A stretch of DNA of 63,806 nt, the filler included, from Rhabdomonas costata (taxonomy: Eukaryota), in NCBI GenBank assembly GCA_019059605.1. It is 21 parts of 21 records of this genome, joined end to end, with 100 filler letters (N's around TTAATTAATTAA, not from the genome) between each part and the next. Parts side by side here need not be neighbours in the genome. Positions count along the whole stretch, not along the records: positions 36,559 to 39,497 come from JAHMHO010001690.1; positions 39,598 to 42,539 come from JAHMHO010001691.1; positions 42,640 to 45,573 come from JAHMHO010001692.1; positions 45,674 to 48,615 come from JAHMHO010001693.1; 17 more parts are not named here. The stretch is one strand, 5' to 3'. Below the pieces are notes generated by a model, which saw only the letters and a list, made by a program, of their open reading frames with translations, did not search any database and was not told the DNA's origin. This document shows positions 36,798 to 48,715 of the stretch, one piece after another. A program made the position numbers and the translations under genes. Positions within the stretch are counted from its first letter, which is position 1. Every line of letters begins with the position of its first letter.

Positions 36798-39293
36798 GTT
36801 TACCCCAACGGCAGCCCCGTGGTTGTATTACCCGCTGTTTCTCGAGAGGAAGTTTTGGTGCCGCTGCTCCCTGAGGAGGCTGTGGTTTACAACTACCTCT
36901 TCACCTTTTTTAAGGTCGTCACAGTTATTTCCTTTGCTGGGCGCAAGAGTCGCTTGAAAGCAACAGCCAGTTGATTAGAATTGCTGTGTCACCCCTTACC
37001 AGACCAGACGAACCATGCAACCATGCGCTGCATGTAAGAGGGGCGATGGGCAGAAGATGTCCCCAGGCTTTGGGTGTCTTCGTCTGGCTTCTCAGGGGGA
37101 GGGCAGGTTTGCAGCTCCCTTCCCCTTCATGCTCCCCTCCCTCAGAGCAGAATACAGCACCTGGAGAAGTGCGACACGATTCACATCATGATGTATCTGA
37201 ACTTCCTCCGGTCCTTCTGCTCCCACCCAAGCTCCATGAATTGGCCCCCCCAAGGTCTCCCCCGGCTTTTTGTTGCTATTCAGTACCACTTTTTTTGTAG
37301 GCGGTTTGTCCCGAAGCCAATAGTATTTGCTTAACAAATTACGTCACGCTGTGGAGAGAATTGAAAGCTGCGTCCCATTTTCCGTTACCCATCCCTTTCT
37401 CAGCCCGCCCTCAGGAAACTTCTGGTCGAGTCGGGGCGAACAACCTGGACCTGTAATATGATCTGTTTGAAGGGAACGCTGCAGCGACTTTCTACTTTCT
37501 GAATTAAAACAGTTTGGATAACGTAGTATTATGGGCATTGAGACGATTTGCAGCCCAATTCTCTTCAGATTCAGTTTCAGTTTTACGGACTTACAACCCT
37601 CCACCAGTCTGTAAACAAAGCAGCCGTTTTGGGAGACGTGTTCATGGTTTATCGATCGCATCAAATTCTTCCTGCGCAGGCCTACCATTGGGAAGCATGG
37701 GTGAGAGGAACCGAAGCACTGAAGACGTTCCCCAACTTGAGCTGAAGCTGCTCTTCACCTTTCTCACCATGCTTTCGCCGTCCTTCCAGGAAGGTTTGCC
37801 TCGGAAATTTGCGCACGTATTCAAGAATACGGAAGATTGCATGAAAGATCCCCATTGTATCCCGTGTTGTTTGTCTCTCCTCGGTGATGAAAGTTGGGGT
37901 TCCATTGACGATGCCTTTCTTTGCGATTGAGGCGAAATAAGCAAGTTGCTTTCGACACTCTTTTGTTTTTATGTTTTGCCAGGACCCAGTGTTCTCCCAG
38001 AAATATAATGCACGCAGGGCTTTCATAAACAGCATCCCACCTTTGCCTTCGTCCATTTCCATGAGTGGTTGATCCCTTCCTGTTTCTCTTTCTTTTCCCT
38101 CGTCTGTTGGTGGTCCAACTCAGTGCTGGCAAGGTTATGGGTGAGGGGTTTCCACAGAGCAGTACCAGAAGCTCTTGACGGACTCTGCGGAGTGTCCCGT
38201 GTGCTTGGCCGACGTAAGCGTGTCAAACTCTGAGAACCCCCCGCTGCTTTTGAGGTGTGCGTGTTTTTTATGGGTGAACAGAGAGCGTGTGAGCGGAGCC
38301 GTGGTTTCATCCGAGCAGATGTCCCGGGAGTTCGTTTTCCAAGAGTTTGGTTCCCCTTTGGTTATCGGGAACTCTGAATATACCCAAATGTTTCGACGGC
38401 GTTCGGGAAGGATGCGATGGGATGCCCAGAAGGTGGCTGGTATCGGTGACACGTTGCATCGCTCTGTGAAGCGCAATCTAATCCCTATCATCAGTTTTTC
38501 TCGCTCTGCGCACCCGTTTTTCATATGTGCTTCCCTCAGGTGCGGTCATGTCTTCTGCGTCAGCTGCGTAAAGAAGTTGCAGACCAAACCTTCCCCCTTG
38601 ACCTGTCCTGTCTGTCGCCGCGAAGTTGGCAAGGTGCACACAGCCATTTTGAAGGACTTCATTTTTCTCCCTATTTTTTAAGTTCCCCTGTTTGTGAGTC
38701 TGTCGTACTCGCGCAACACCGCGCCCGCTGATCTTTTTGTCTGCATTTAGAAATACGTGAGGCACTGAGAGTTTTTCGCGGGCTTCTTCTTTCCAAACAC
38801 CATGGATTCAAACTTCGGCTTTGGCATTTGTTTTTTGGTATCGCCCCTGTGAATGTGCATCGCAGAAGCACCACTGCCAGTTTGAGAGAGTGCTGTGAAA
38901 GGTCTGCTCCCAATATTGCCTTCGTCTTCGGGATACCTTCGCCACAGAGTCCTTCGAACGCGTGTGTCCTGCGCCACTCACCTTCTACCTTCTTCGCCAC
39001 GCTCTCCACCTGCTGCACTCCTCCCCAAAGGACGACAAGCGAGTGGTCACTGTCTCCAGTGACAGCTCTGCCTCCTCCTCCTCCTCCTCCAGTTCGTCGA
39101 GTTCCAGCAGCAGCAGCAGCGGTAGTGCAAGCAGCAGCGCGTCGGTGGCTTCCTTGGACAGCCCAGAGGCTTTAGAGGCTGCACTGTGGGCACTGAAGGC
39201 GAAGCCCAACAACTCCAAAATGGAGGCTTTGCTGGCACACATTCGGACTTTGCGGGAGCAACACCCTGGGGAGAAGATCGTGGTGTTTACGCG
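36798..39293 (+). CDS. RAD5/HLTF-like SNF2 helicase with inserted RING finger, 6 internal exons
   Basis: NGSPVVVLP...EEAVVYNYLF / LNFLRSFCSHP / ECPVCL...R/CGHVFCVSC...CPVCR (C3HC4 RING) / NSKMEALLAHI...PGEKIVVFT. This domain order is diagnostic of the RAD5/16 subfamily, and the GT-AG joins are in phase. Confidence 0.88.
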
Positions 39294-39757
39294 GTGGTAA
39301 GCCGGGGATTTTGGTGGGTCAGGGGTGTGTCTCTTTTTCACTGGTTTCTGTGGTCCACACGCCATTTGAGTTCGTGTCGGATCCCTACTTGTTATTGCCA
39401 GCTTTGCCATTGAGTGGGAAGTTGTTTAATTTGACCTTTCGCCCAGGGATGCACAGGCCGGCTCTTCAAGAAAAAAAAACCCAACCACACCCACCACNNN
39501 NNNNNNNNNNNNNNNNNNNNNNNNNNNNNNNNNNNNNNNNNTTAATTAATTAANNNNNNNNNNNNNNNNNNNNNNNNNNNNNNNNNNNNNNNNNNNNGGG
39601 TGAGTGTGGCTTGTATTTGCTGCTTTCATCAGTTACTGGAGTTGTTAGTGAAGGCGGCCCATAGCCCATTATATGAAGAGCTATTATCTCTTTTGGGCGT
39701 GTATCACCAGCCTTTGCTAAGCAATTGATTTGGGCGGCTGGGTTGGAGTTCCTTCAG

Positions 39758-42237
39758 GTCCGAGGATATGCGCATTTTCCTCGTGGACACGGGAAAGCCT
39801 GCGATGGATCTGACCCCCTATGCCGCTCTGGCCAATGCAATTGTCTTTGAGCAGCAGCGCTGCTGGATGCGTTGCAAGGCTCAAAGCGGTGGTTCCCGGT
39901 CAAAGGGGTTTCAGCATTCTTTCTGCCGCCCTAGCTTTACCGGGACGGGGCGCAAATATGACCTGTCAGTTCCTCTCCCACGCACTCATCCAGACGATTG
40001 TTTTAGAATGAGGACAGCTGCTGCCGACATCCCAATTTCTGCAGAGCAGTGTGGTAACCTGTGGTAACCTGCTCCAGGAGCACCGTTTGTTGCTGAAGTT
40101 TCCGTCACGAAGTAGATCCGAGTTTCGGGAGGGTGGAGGTATATATTAGGGTCCATTTTTGTGGAGGCGGGAAGGAGCATATCTTCCACGGGGTCAGCCT
40201 AGCATGTAATGACCGAGGCTCGTCAGTGGCGCTTGCCCAAGAGATTATATTTATTACACTAGTGGGAGCGTTGCACCGACCGTATGAGCACCGCACTATT
40301 TTATTGCAGATCATAACCATGCCCCCACACCTCCACAATTCTCATACTTGTCCCGAGACGGTTGGGGCGGCGGCAGCTACGCAGAATTGGCGGCCGCGGA
40401 GGAGGACTCGCGTCGTGTCTGTGATCACTTCGCTGCGCCGCGAGGCCATCTTCGCGCGCTTCCCAGACCTACCGCGGGATGTGTACGATTACGGTTCGTG
40501 CCTGCGCGTGGCGGTTGGATTTTTCTGAAACTCCTCAGAAAGTTCTCTCACAGGAGCATCAGGCCCACACTTGAGGTCAAGAGTGCGCGAAAATGTGGTT
40601 GTGAAGTTGGTTTAGCCCGAGTCGTGGCTCAATTCGAACTTTGATAATCCATGCACTATGATCCGGAAGGCCTCTGTTGTTGCTGAAGGGTCTGCATTAG
40701 TGAGCGCGGGAGTCGGTGTTGCTGCAAGGTCTGGCAATCGGGCAGTGAGTGCTGTGGATGTGGTGAGGATGGCGCACCCCCTCCATGCAGCCAAATCAGC
40801 TGAATTAGAATGCGAGCTGCACACCTCACATGCTCGGCAAACAATGGTTTACCTTACACTGTGCACTGGAGAAGTACAAATGGAGTCCTCTCGCCTGTCG
40901 GCTAACGTTGGAAGACCAGTCTTGGGCCAGTTCAGCGTTTCTGAGCTTCATGTGTCTAGGGGCTAAGAAAAGCTGCGCACCGAGGCGGATTTTTCGTAAT
41001 TCGGGGCAGATGTCATTGGTCATGCAAAGTCCTATCATGTGCGTATGCTCTTACTGTAACCCTAATGCCGCTTTTTGTTCAAGAGAGAGAGAATTTTGTT
41101 CAGGTGTTTTGTTTGCATCGCAGGCTATATCATTACAGACATGCTGGTGGACCTTCTGCTGAGCCGGCGGTGGCGGGGATCCTTGCAGCGATGTGACTAC
41201 TTTCTTTTCACGAACTCAGACAACCTGTACTTGCCTGAGTTTATGCCCGCGGTGCGGGCGCGGATGCAGGCCGGGGTGGACCTGATCGCGTCGCACTTCA
41301 TCAGCCACTTTCTCTACACTCGAGGCGACGTTTGGGCCTGGCGCCCTTCTCACCGTACGAACGCCCTGACCCAAACTCTAAAGTGAAACCAAATCCTTCC
41401 ATTTGAATCGTTTGACACTTATATCTCCTCGGGATCCATCTTCTGTTCACATCGCTAGGGTATGTCAAATCTCATCCAGGTCAGCGCGCTACGTCTCCCA
41501 GAGGTTCACAAGTAAATTGATGTGGTAGGGGTGCTGCGACACCTGGGCCATCAACATGCGCATGCTAATGCTGGCTTATTCTCATTTGCGGCACCTGCTT
41601 CGGCTTAGCCCTCAGAAAAGTTGATTTGGTCGAACAACGCACTCCTCGATCCAATGCTGGGTCTGCCCAACACTGCACATCATCAATGGTGTTCACACCT
41701 CAAGGCCCTTGCCTTGATTTTTATATTCATCCACTAGCCCAGCAGCAGTTCATTGTGTCCATTCTGGATTCGGGCTTTCGGGCAATTCTAGGCTACAAAG
41801 AGCAACTACATATGGGATTTTACGGGTCGGGAGGATGGTTACAAGACTTCAGGGGCCGCCCGAAGAATTCCCCACGACCACCACCTCCACCCCCTACACA
41901 CTACCCTCGTTTCTCACGTGCCTCCCAAAACACGAACGTTATTTCCCGCTCGTCCAAGTCCGTCCGCTGGCAAGTCCTCAGCCTGCAGTTTTAGTCTTAT
42001 TCACCCCTAAAAAAAGTTAGGGTACACTTTACGAAAAATGGCTTTCCCCGCCTCTGTTTGAAACTAATCACCGTTGCCCCGGAGGGTAAGTTGGATATGG
42101 TTGTCTGCCCGCGCAAGTAATGCGTGTGGGTGTGTGAGACACCAGTCTCATGTGGGTGTGTTCCACAGGGTTTGCATGCCGACACGGCCGTGACCTGGAG
42201 TTTCACGCCCAGTGGAGGGTTAACCGTGTCGACCTGG
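39758..42237 (+). CDS. GT-A fold glycosyltransferase-like protein, internal exons
   Basis: MRIFLVDTG... / ...DVYDYG/YIITDMLVDLLL...CDYFLFTNSDNLYLPEF...VDLIASHFISH / ...RVNRVDLG. The YxLFTNxDNxY DxD-like motif is present. The first junction is not resolved. Confidence 0.65.
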
Positions 42238-42639
42238 GTATGCTGGTCTCCGTTTTCCCCACCGGCCTGATGCCCTTGTTCTCTCCTCTTGGCGTGCCCT
42301 GGCAGAAAACCCTTCTCACCCTCCTGGGTTTTATATGATGAAGTATCAGTCCTTTTCTTTGGAGAACGCTTCCACCCGTCTCTGAGAGATTATTCCTTCG
42401 TCGAACTTCTTTTAATGTCCCTCTCCAGACGGTTGGGCGCTGAAGGTTAGAGATTGGGTGATTCCAGCTGCACGGTGTGACTCTCCTTTTTTTCACACAA
42501 AAAGGAGAGTCACACCGTGCAGCTGGAATCACCCAACCCNNNNNNNNNNNNNNNNNNNNNNNNNNNNNNNNNNNNNNNNNNNNTTAATTAATTAANNNNN
42601 NNNNNNNNNNNNNNNNNNNNNNNNNNNNNNNNNNNNNNN

Positions 42640-44097
42640 TGTTTGTTGGGGCTTGTCCGCGCGGAGCATCTTTGCGCCGCAGCTGCACTCCACCTCACCT
42701 CTTGGACATGCTGTGGAGCGGTGCGTCTTCATCCCCGACAGCGGGAGAAGAGTCTGGCACAGCTCACAGTACACCAGCCGGTGCTCACACCTATTCAGTG
42801 CATTTGATTGCGGCGGTAAATTGTGTGGTCCACTTCCATCTGGGGCTGGCGATTCTATGCGTTTCGTCAGCTTTTTGTAATTTTTTTTTAACATTTTCAT
42901 TCTATGATGTTTGACATTTTTGACATTTGTCAAAATGTAAAAGGAACTGAGTGAACAAGCAAGTAAGTGAGTGAGCAAAGTTACTGAGAGTGATCATTCC
43001 TTCGGTTTTGTTTCTACTGAAGACGGCCCTTTTGCTTTTTGTTTCGGGTGAGATGAAGGAGCAACATCACACAAAAAGGAAGTCCCGTGCGCGTTCGGGT
43101 GCGCGTTCGCGTGCCGTTCTAAGTTCATCTGCGAAGGTGGCTATCATTTCATTCTTCACTTCACCTTACAAACCCAACTGACTCCACTTGATCTGAAAGC
43201 CCTTTCAAGCCCCCGTAACCACAACCCGCGTGGGACCCACATAAAGAACAAAGTATTGGCGGAAGTTGCATACTTTGTTGCCACGTGCTCGTCAAACTGG
43301 TCCCTGTTGACGACCGCCTCGCAGCCCTCATTGGCGCAGCGAGCGGGTGCCTTAGGGCAGGCGTTTACATGCTCCGCCCAGTCGGAAAGGCGAACCCAGG
43401 CTGCACAACCTCGGTCGTAGTAATCGCAGCAAATTTCAAGCTTGCGGTACAGCTCTTGAATAATCCTACCAGGGGATCGGAGCTCGGATAAGCTCATCTA
43501 AAAGGCAAGAAAAAGGGCGTATAACTTCATTGACACTTCTTGACTTGAGTTATCACCCCCGCATCAAACGAAGAGCGGCTTTGCGGAAGTCATTCAAAAG
43601 TGAGAAAAGCAAATTTACTCGATCCAGTTTCAACTTTTCTTTTCTTTCGTCACTGTGCTGCCCTGTTTTCTCTGAACTTGTGTGTGCTCACCACACAGTT
43701 GCATGTTTCTTTAGCACTATTTCTGCTATCGGTACCTTGCAGCACCCTTTTCCGTGGACTTGCAGCGGTTTCCCTCCCTCCAAACCGTTAAAGTTGCTCT
43801 GACTCTCGCAAGTTTCACAGAATCAGCCTCAAGCTGTCAAAAAGTGCCAGCAGAAAGTAACACGAAACAAAAACAACACCAGAGGACCTCTCGGCCACAC
43901 ACAGGGCAGGTTCCGGCCTGCCGAAGCCAGTGCTCAATGCAAGATGGACAGCAAATGTGCTCGCAGGTGCCCAACATCGGAGACAGAGGTACCTTCCGAC
44001 AAATTGCGCAAAGCAAATCTTCGCTAACGGATTTGAACCTTGATACGGGCTGTGTGCCCGACTGCTGCGTCTGAGGAGAAGGATTGGTGCCTTCCAT
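42640..44097 (-). CDS. RING finger plus TRAF-type zinc finger protein (E3 ligase-like), first 3 exons
   Basis: MEG...DLLCAICRKVPLSPMLGTCEHICCPSCIEHWLRQAGTCPVC / LEICCDYYDRGCAAWVRLSDWAEHVNACPKAPARCANEGC...HVATK/CEHRLVYCELC...HRSTACPRGEVECSCG; GT-AG introns. Confidence 0.92.
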
Positions 44098-47000
44098 TTT
44101 TCAGTCTCGCAGCAAGCGCTGTGAAAAACAGAGAGTAAGAGATGGGATGTTGAATTTGAAGCAAATCAAACCCGTTTGGTAATGCAATCTCCTGGGAACC
44201 ATTTACCGTGCTTTGGGGGCAAAGACACGGGGGGTTGTGTGTGTTTGCCATGTCCCCAGGCAAGCCCTTTGCCAGCATTCCCATTCGGTAAACACCAACT
44301 GAAATCCCCAATGAACACTGGGCGAAAAAACCCATGCGAGGTGTAATTTGGAGAACCACAGTTTTCTGGGTTGATTCTTCTTCGAGAATCTAGTGACAGC
44401 ACGAGGCATTAGTGAGCAGAGAATGAAGATGGTGCAGTTAAAAGGAAATAATCGGAACAGCGCGTGCCCGCACAAACGGGGTGCCAACAGTAAAAACGGA
44501 CGTCCAACCCCACAAATCTAAGTCACAAAAAAAGTTATTTACGTTTGTTTCTACATAAACAAACACAATCCCAAGACCAAGGTGTACAGAAAACACCGCA
44601 CAGCACAGGTTAAGGAAACCCGCGTTTCCCCACCAGATTTTCATTTCCTTGAAGTATATCATGCTCTTCTCATTACCGCTCAAATGAAGCGAAGTTTATA
44701 AGATATTTTTGTGGTTGCTCTGATTTTTTGAATTTCAAAAGTCTTATCTTAAATGTCCTGAAGTTCTCATGCTTGAACGGGAAATGCTGTTGATAGTTTT
44801 GCCCTAATAATGGCTAACTGTAACGTGAAACCGAATATCCGACTAGGTTTGTGGGTTTTTTGAACCAGCAAAATACCATTGGGATTCGTTTTGGATCAAT
44901 CAAAAGATTCAAAGATAGGTTTTGAATTTTAATCAATTGTTAATTGAGGTTTTGTTTTTGAGCAATACACAACCCAGCTGCAGGGATGTAGAATGGAAGC
45001 CACCCTCGAATGGTAAAAGTGCTGCAGAACCTTGGAGCTTGGTATTTCACATACAACCTTTTTTTGCACATTACACACTTTTATGGACCCTGCCTTTGCA
45101 TGTCCTACGTCCGCTGCGTGGGACAAGAAGCGGCACAAAAGGCATACCAAGGAGCAGCCAAGGTGCACCACAACCGGCCGAGGGTGAAAGGTCGGGAAAA
45201 CTCATGCAGCGTTTTGGGGACCAAATCCAGAAACGGTGCGTGGCCTTGCCTGCAGACGGAGGCACGGAGGTGCTTTGCGACTGCCTGGCAGTGAGGAAGC
45301 TGGAGGAAGCGAGTTGGATTGCGAAGACTCGTTTGGACGGGAGCCCCCAAAACACCCTGGGGCAGGGGACCTGTTCAAGTCATCTGGGTTACCTGGCTAG
45401 CTCAGCTGAAAGGGCGATGGAATTAAAGCAGTACACATAAAAATTATGTCGTTTTCTTGCTGTTCCTGCTTCTGCTTCTGCTGTGAGAATATCACGCGCG
45501 CTTGGGAAGAAGACTGACAAACTGGACCAATTTTGGGAGCAGCTTTTTACCTGTTGTGAGCGGCGCGCCCCCCNNNNNNNNNNNNNNNNNNNNNNNNNNN
45601 NNNNNNNNNNNNNNNNNTTAATTAATTAANNNNNNNNNNNNNNNNNNNNNNNNNNNNNNNNNNNNNNNNNNNNGGTGTGGGTGGGCAGTATTTGTGTGAC
45701 CCGAATGGCTGAGCTTTGGTTTTCGGCCTGGCTACTCTCTGGTGATGACTGTGACTGGCGCAGGTGAGGAGTCTCCCGCAACACCCTGGTGGGTTCCTCG
45801 ATCTTCTAGCTCTATTTTTTGCTGCTCTCGCTCTCGTTGCCACTCAGCTGTTGTTGTCCTTAACACTACAGTTTTGTCCTTTCCATCACGTGCTGCGCGT
45901 TCTTATCGATTGCCAGTATGACCGTGCGGATGAGGCCCAGTGGGGGAAGTTTCTTCTTTATTTTCCCAGTCTTCATTGTTTTTCTTCATGGAGAGCCGCT
46001 TTGCGTGCTTGATCTGTTCATTCCAGAACAGTGGCAGTTGAATAAAGCACATTTCTCTGTTGGTATAGACCAAGCGGTGCTCATTCTTTGATCATACCAA
46101 CCAAACCTCGTACCATCTGTCGTACTACTGGAAAAACGTGGTTCCACGTCTTTCTTCTTTATGTAATACCGAAGCCTTACACATGCACCAAATAAGGCTT
46201 GATGGCCTGTTTCAATGTGATCTGCTCGGAATGGCATTTCTACTTAATCATCTATCCATGATATTCTGTTGGCTGCCGTTTTTAATGTTCGATCCGTTCT
46301 TTGAGGAGAAGCTGTCTGAGGAGAAGTTCTTTGAGAAGATCCTGTAATCCAGGGCCTGATGTGCCACTCCGTGTCATCAAATTGGCACTGACTAATCGGA
46401 GCACACACACTTACACACCTGAGTCCAAAGCCTCAATATTGCCAACGAAGGCAGTGTGGCGACAAACAGCTGCATCTGAAGAGATGAATCCAGATTGTAT
46501 TTGGATAAATTCAGTCCGGTTTCTTGGCATTTTAACACACTCACATCCCATGTAAAGGTTACTTACCAGAAAGATGTATTGAGCATGTTGGTTGGTTTGC
46601 TAGCAGTGGTTAACTTGTTGGCTCGCACCTGGTTTCTGTCACAAACGGTTTGGTAACCGGCTATCGGGATGACTGCTCCGCCATGAAATAAGGAAGCCAA
46701 GACCGAATAATTTGTACAGCTGATATGTACAGTCATCAATATGGAAGTTGGATAAAATCCTCTAATTTTCTTCGTTCCATGCGGTACTGTGTGTACAGTG
46801 TTGTTGGTTACAGTGTTTTGGTTCCTCTTTAATTTATTCAGAATGAGCTAGATAGAAGTGGAACCATTCGCAAAGCCCCAAGAAAATTTGTTTTTTCTAC
46901 TTTCCTTTGTTCTAAACAAAGTTTGTGTGTGTGGTTTAATTTTAAAACGATTACACAACTTTGAAATTGATAATATTTCTTTGGGGTCACCCGTCTCCAA

Positions 47001-48715
47001 ACCCTCTAAGGCAGTGTGCCATTCACCAGCCGAGTTCCTAGTCTGTCACACTTGATAGCAGCCTAAACATTTACGACCTAAGGCTCTCCAGCTCTGCACG
47101 TGCGTGAAGTTTACACATTTTCAAGTATAAGGTGTCGCTTGCCAAGCCGCGGAAGCGTATAAAGCCACGGTTTTCCAAGTGCAAGGCGTCGTTTGCCATA
47201 CCCAGGAAGAAACCTAGGTCGTCGGAGAGGCTTCGTTCGCGAAGCCTCCTCGGGAAGTTTTACACACAGCGCGGCGTTGTGCTCCAGCTGTTTAATTTGT
47301 AATTGAAAAATGAATAAAAACAGGACAGTGGTTATATAAATAGTGGTGTTGCATGTCGCCATCTGCTGGCTACACTTTGGAGTGTGTCACATTGTGTCTA
47401 TGAGGACATCTGGTGCTTGGAGCGGTCCTACTCTGCTGCATCAACCTACACATACAACTACTACCACTACTACCAGGTGTGTGACGATGATACTACCACT
47501 ATGGCACAGGGTGAAGGGTGGATCTAGCGCATCGTACCAGCTGTAGGGTGGTTTCAACATTTGTGGTAGTGCACCAAACAGTGGTCAGTACTGCTGTGAC
47601 CAATATCATCATCGCTAGTACTACTGAGCGTGGGTTCATCAACTGTGGTTGTATCGTATATGTATGGTTCTGCCAATACGTTGAGTCCTTCACTAAGCCT
47701 TCTACGTGATGGTGATGCAGCGCCAGACTCACTTGGGCTCACAGGCATTGTCACATCGTTGATCGTGTGATTACACAGCAAGCTCACACCAGGAATCACC
47801 ACCTCGAGCAGTCACGTGGCTTGAGTGACGTTGCATCACCGGTTACCACACACCTTACATCACGTGGGGCTGGTGTACGCTATAGCCTGGCCTCCATCAC
47901 CAGGACTTCCATCATACGCCAACTATCCCACTGTGACTCCTGCTCATGGGGTCATTGTAACACCTTGTTCCAGGCGTGCCTGATGACAACGTAGATCGTT
48001 CACCTCATGCGCCCATGTGTTAAGTTCATCGCAAACATCGTCCTTGCTGTATTCGTGTGTGAGTAAAGTGTTATGCGGATTATGTGATAACCTCTGTTTT
48101 CTCACATATCGGTGTAACCTCGTCTTTACTGTCCGTCAACGTGCCCACGACTGTGGATAGTCATCCATTCCTTCACTGAAACTCCTTGGATATCCCGATG
48201 TACATCTAGTGAACCAGAACCCCAAATGCAGAGACCCACTCGAAATTAGAAATCGAAACAAAATGACATGATTCATAAACAACGAGACCGACGCACAAGA
48301 CAACCAGCACCACAGACACCCTCCACAACCCTCGACCACTCCACCAGCACCCTCCACACACACCACACACACCTCACACGTCAACACCCATGCAGAACCC
48401 ACACAACACACACACACAACACACACACCTATCCAAGGTCACGACTCCCCACCCAACCTCCACACCGACACCCACCACACCCCTTGAACCATCCACCTCA
48501 ACCACCAACAGCCACCACAATCTCAATCTAACACATCCCCAACACCGCATATCCAACCCCCACGTCCAGACAACAACTTCCTACCCAACCGCTTCACCGT
48601 AAACTCCACCACACANNNNNNNNNNNNNNNNNNNNNNNNNNNNNNNNNNNNNNNNNNNNTTAATTAATTAANNNNNNNNNNNNNNNNNNNNNNNNNNNNN
48701 NNNNNNNNNNNNNNN

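Noticed and set aside
42455..42539. Perfect ~38-bp-arm hairpin
   Set aside because: It is contig-terminal and runs into the C/A primer-like tail; same artefact class.
48290..48615. C/A-rich low-complexity tract with Thr/His/Pro-rich ORFs
   Set aside because: It is simple sequence at a contig end, and the ORFs are compositional artefacts.
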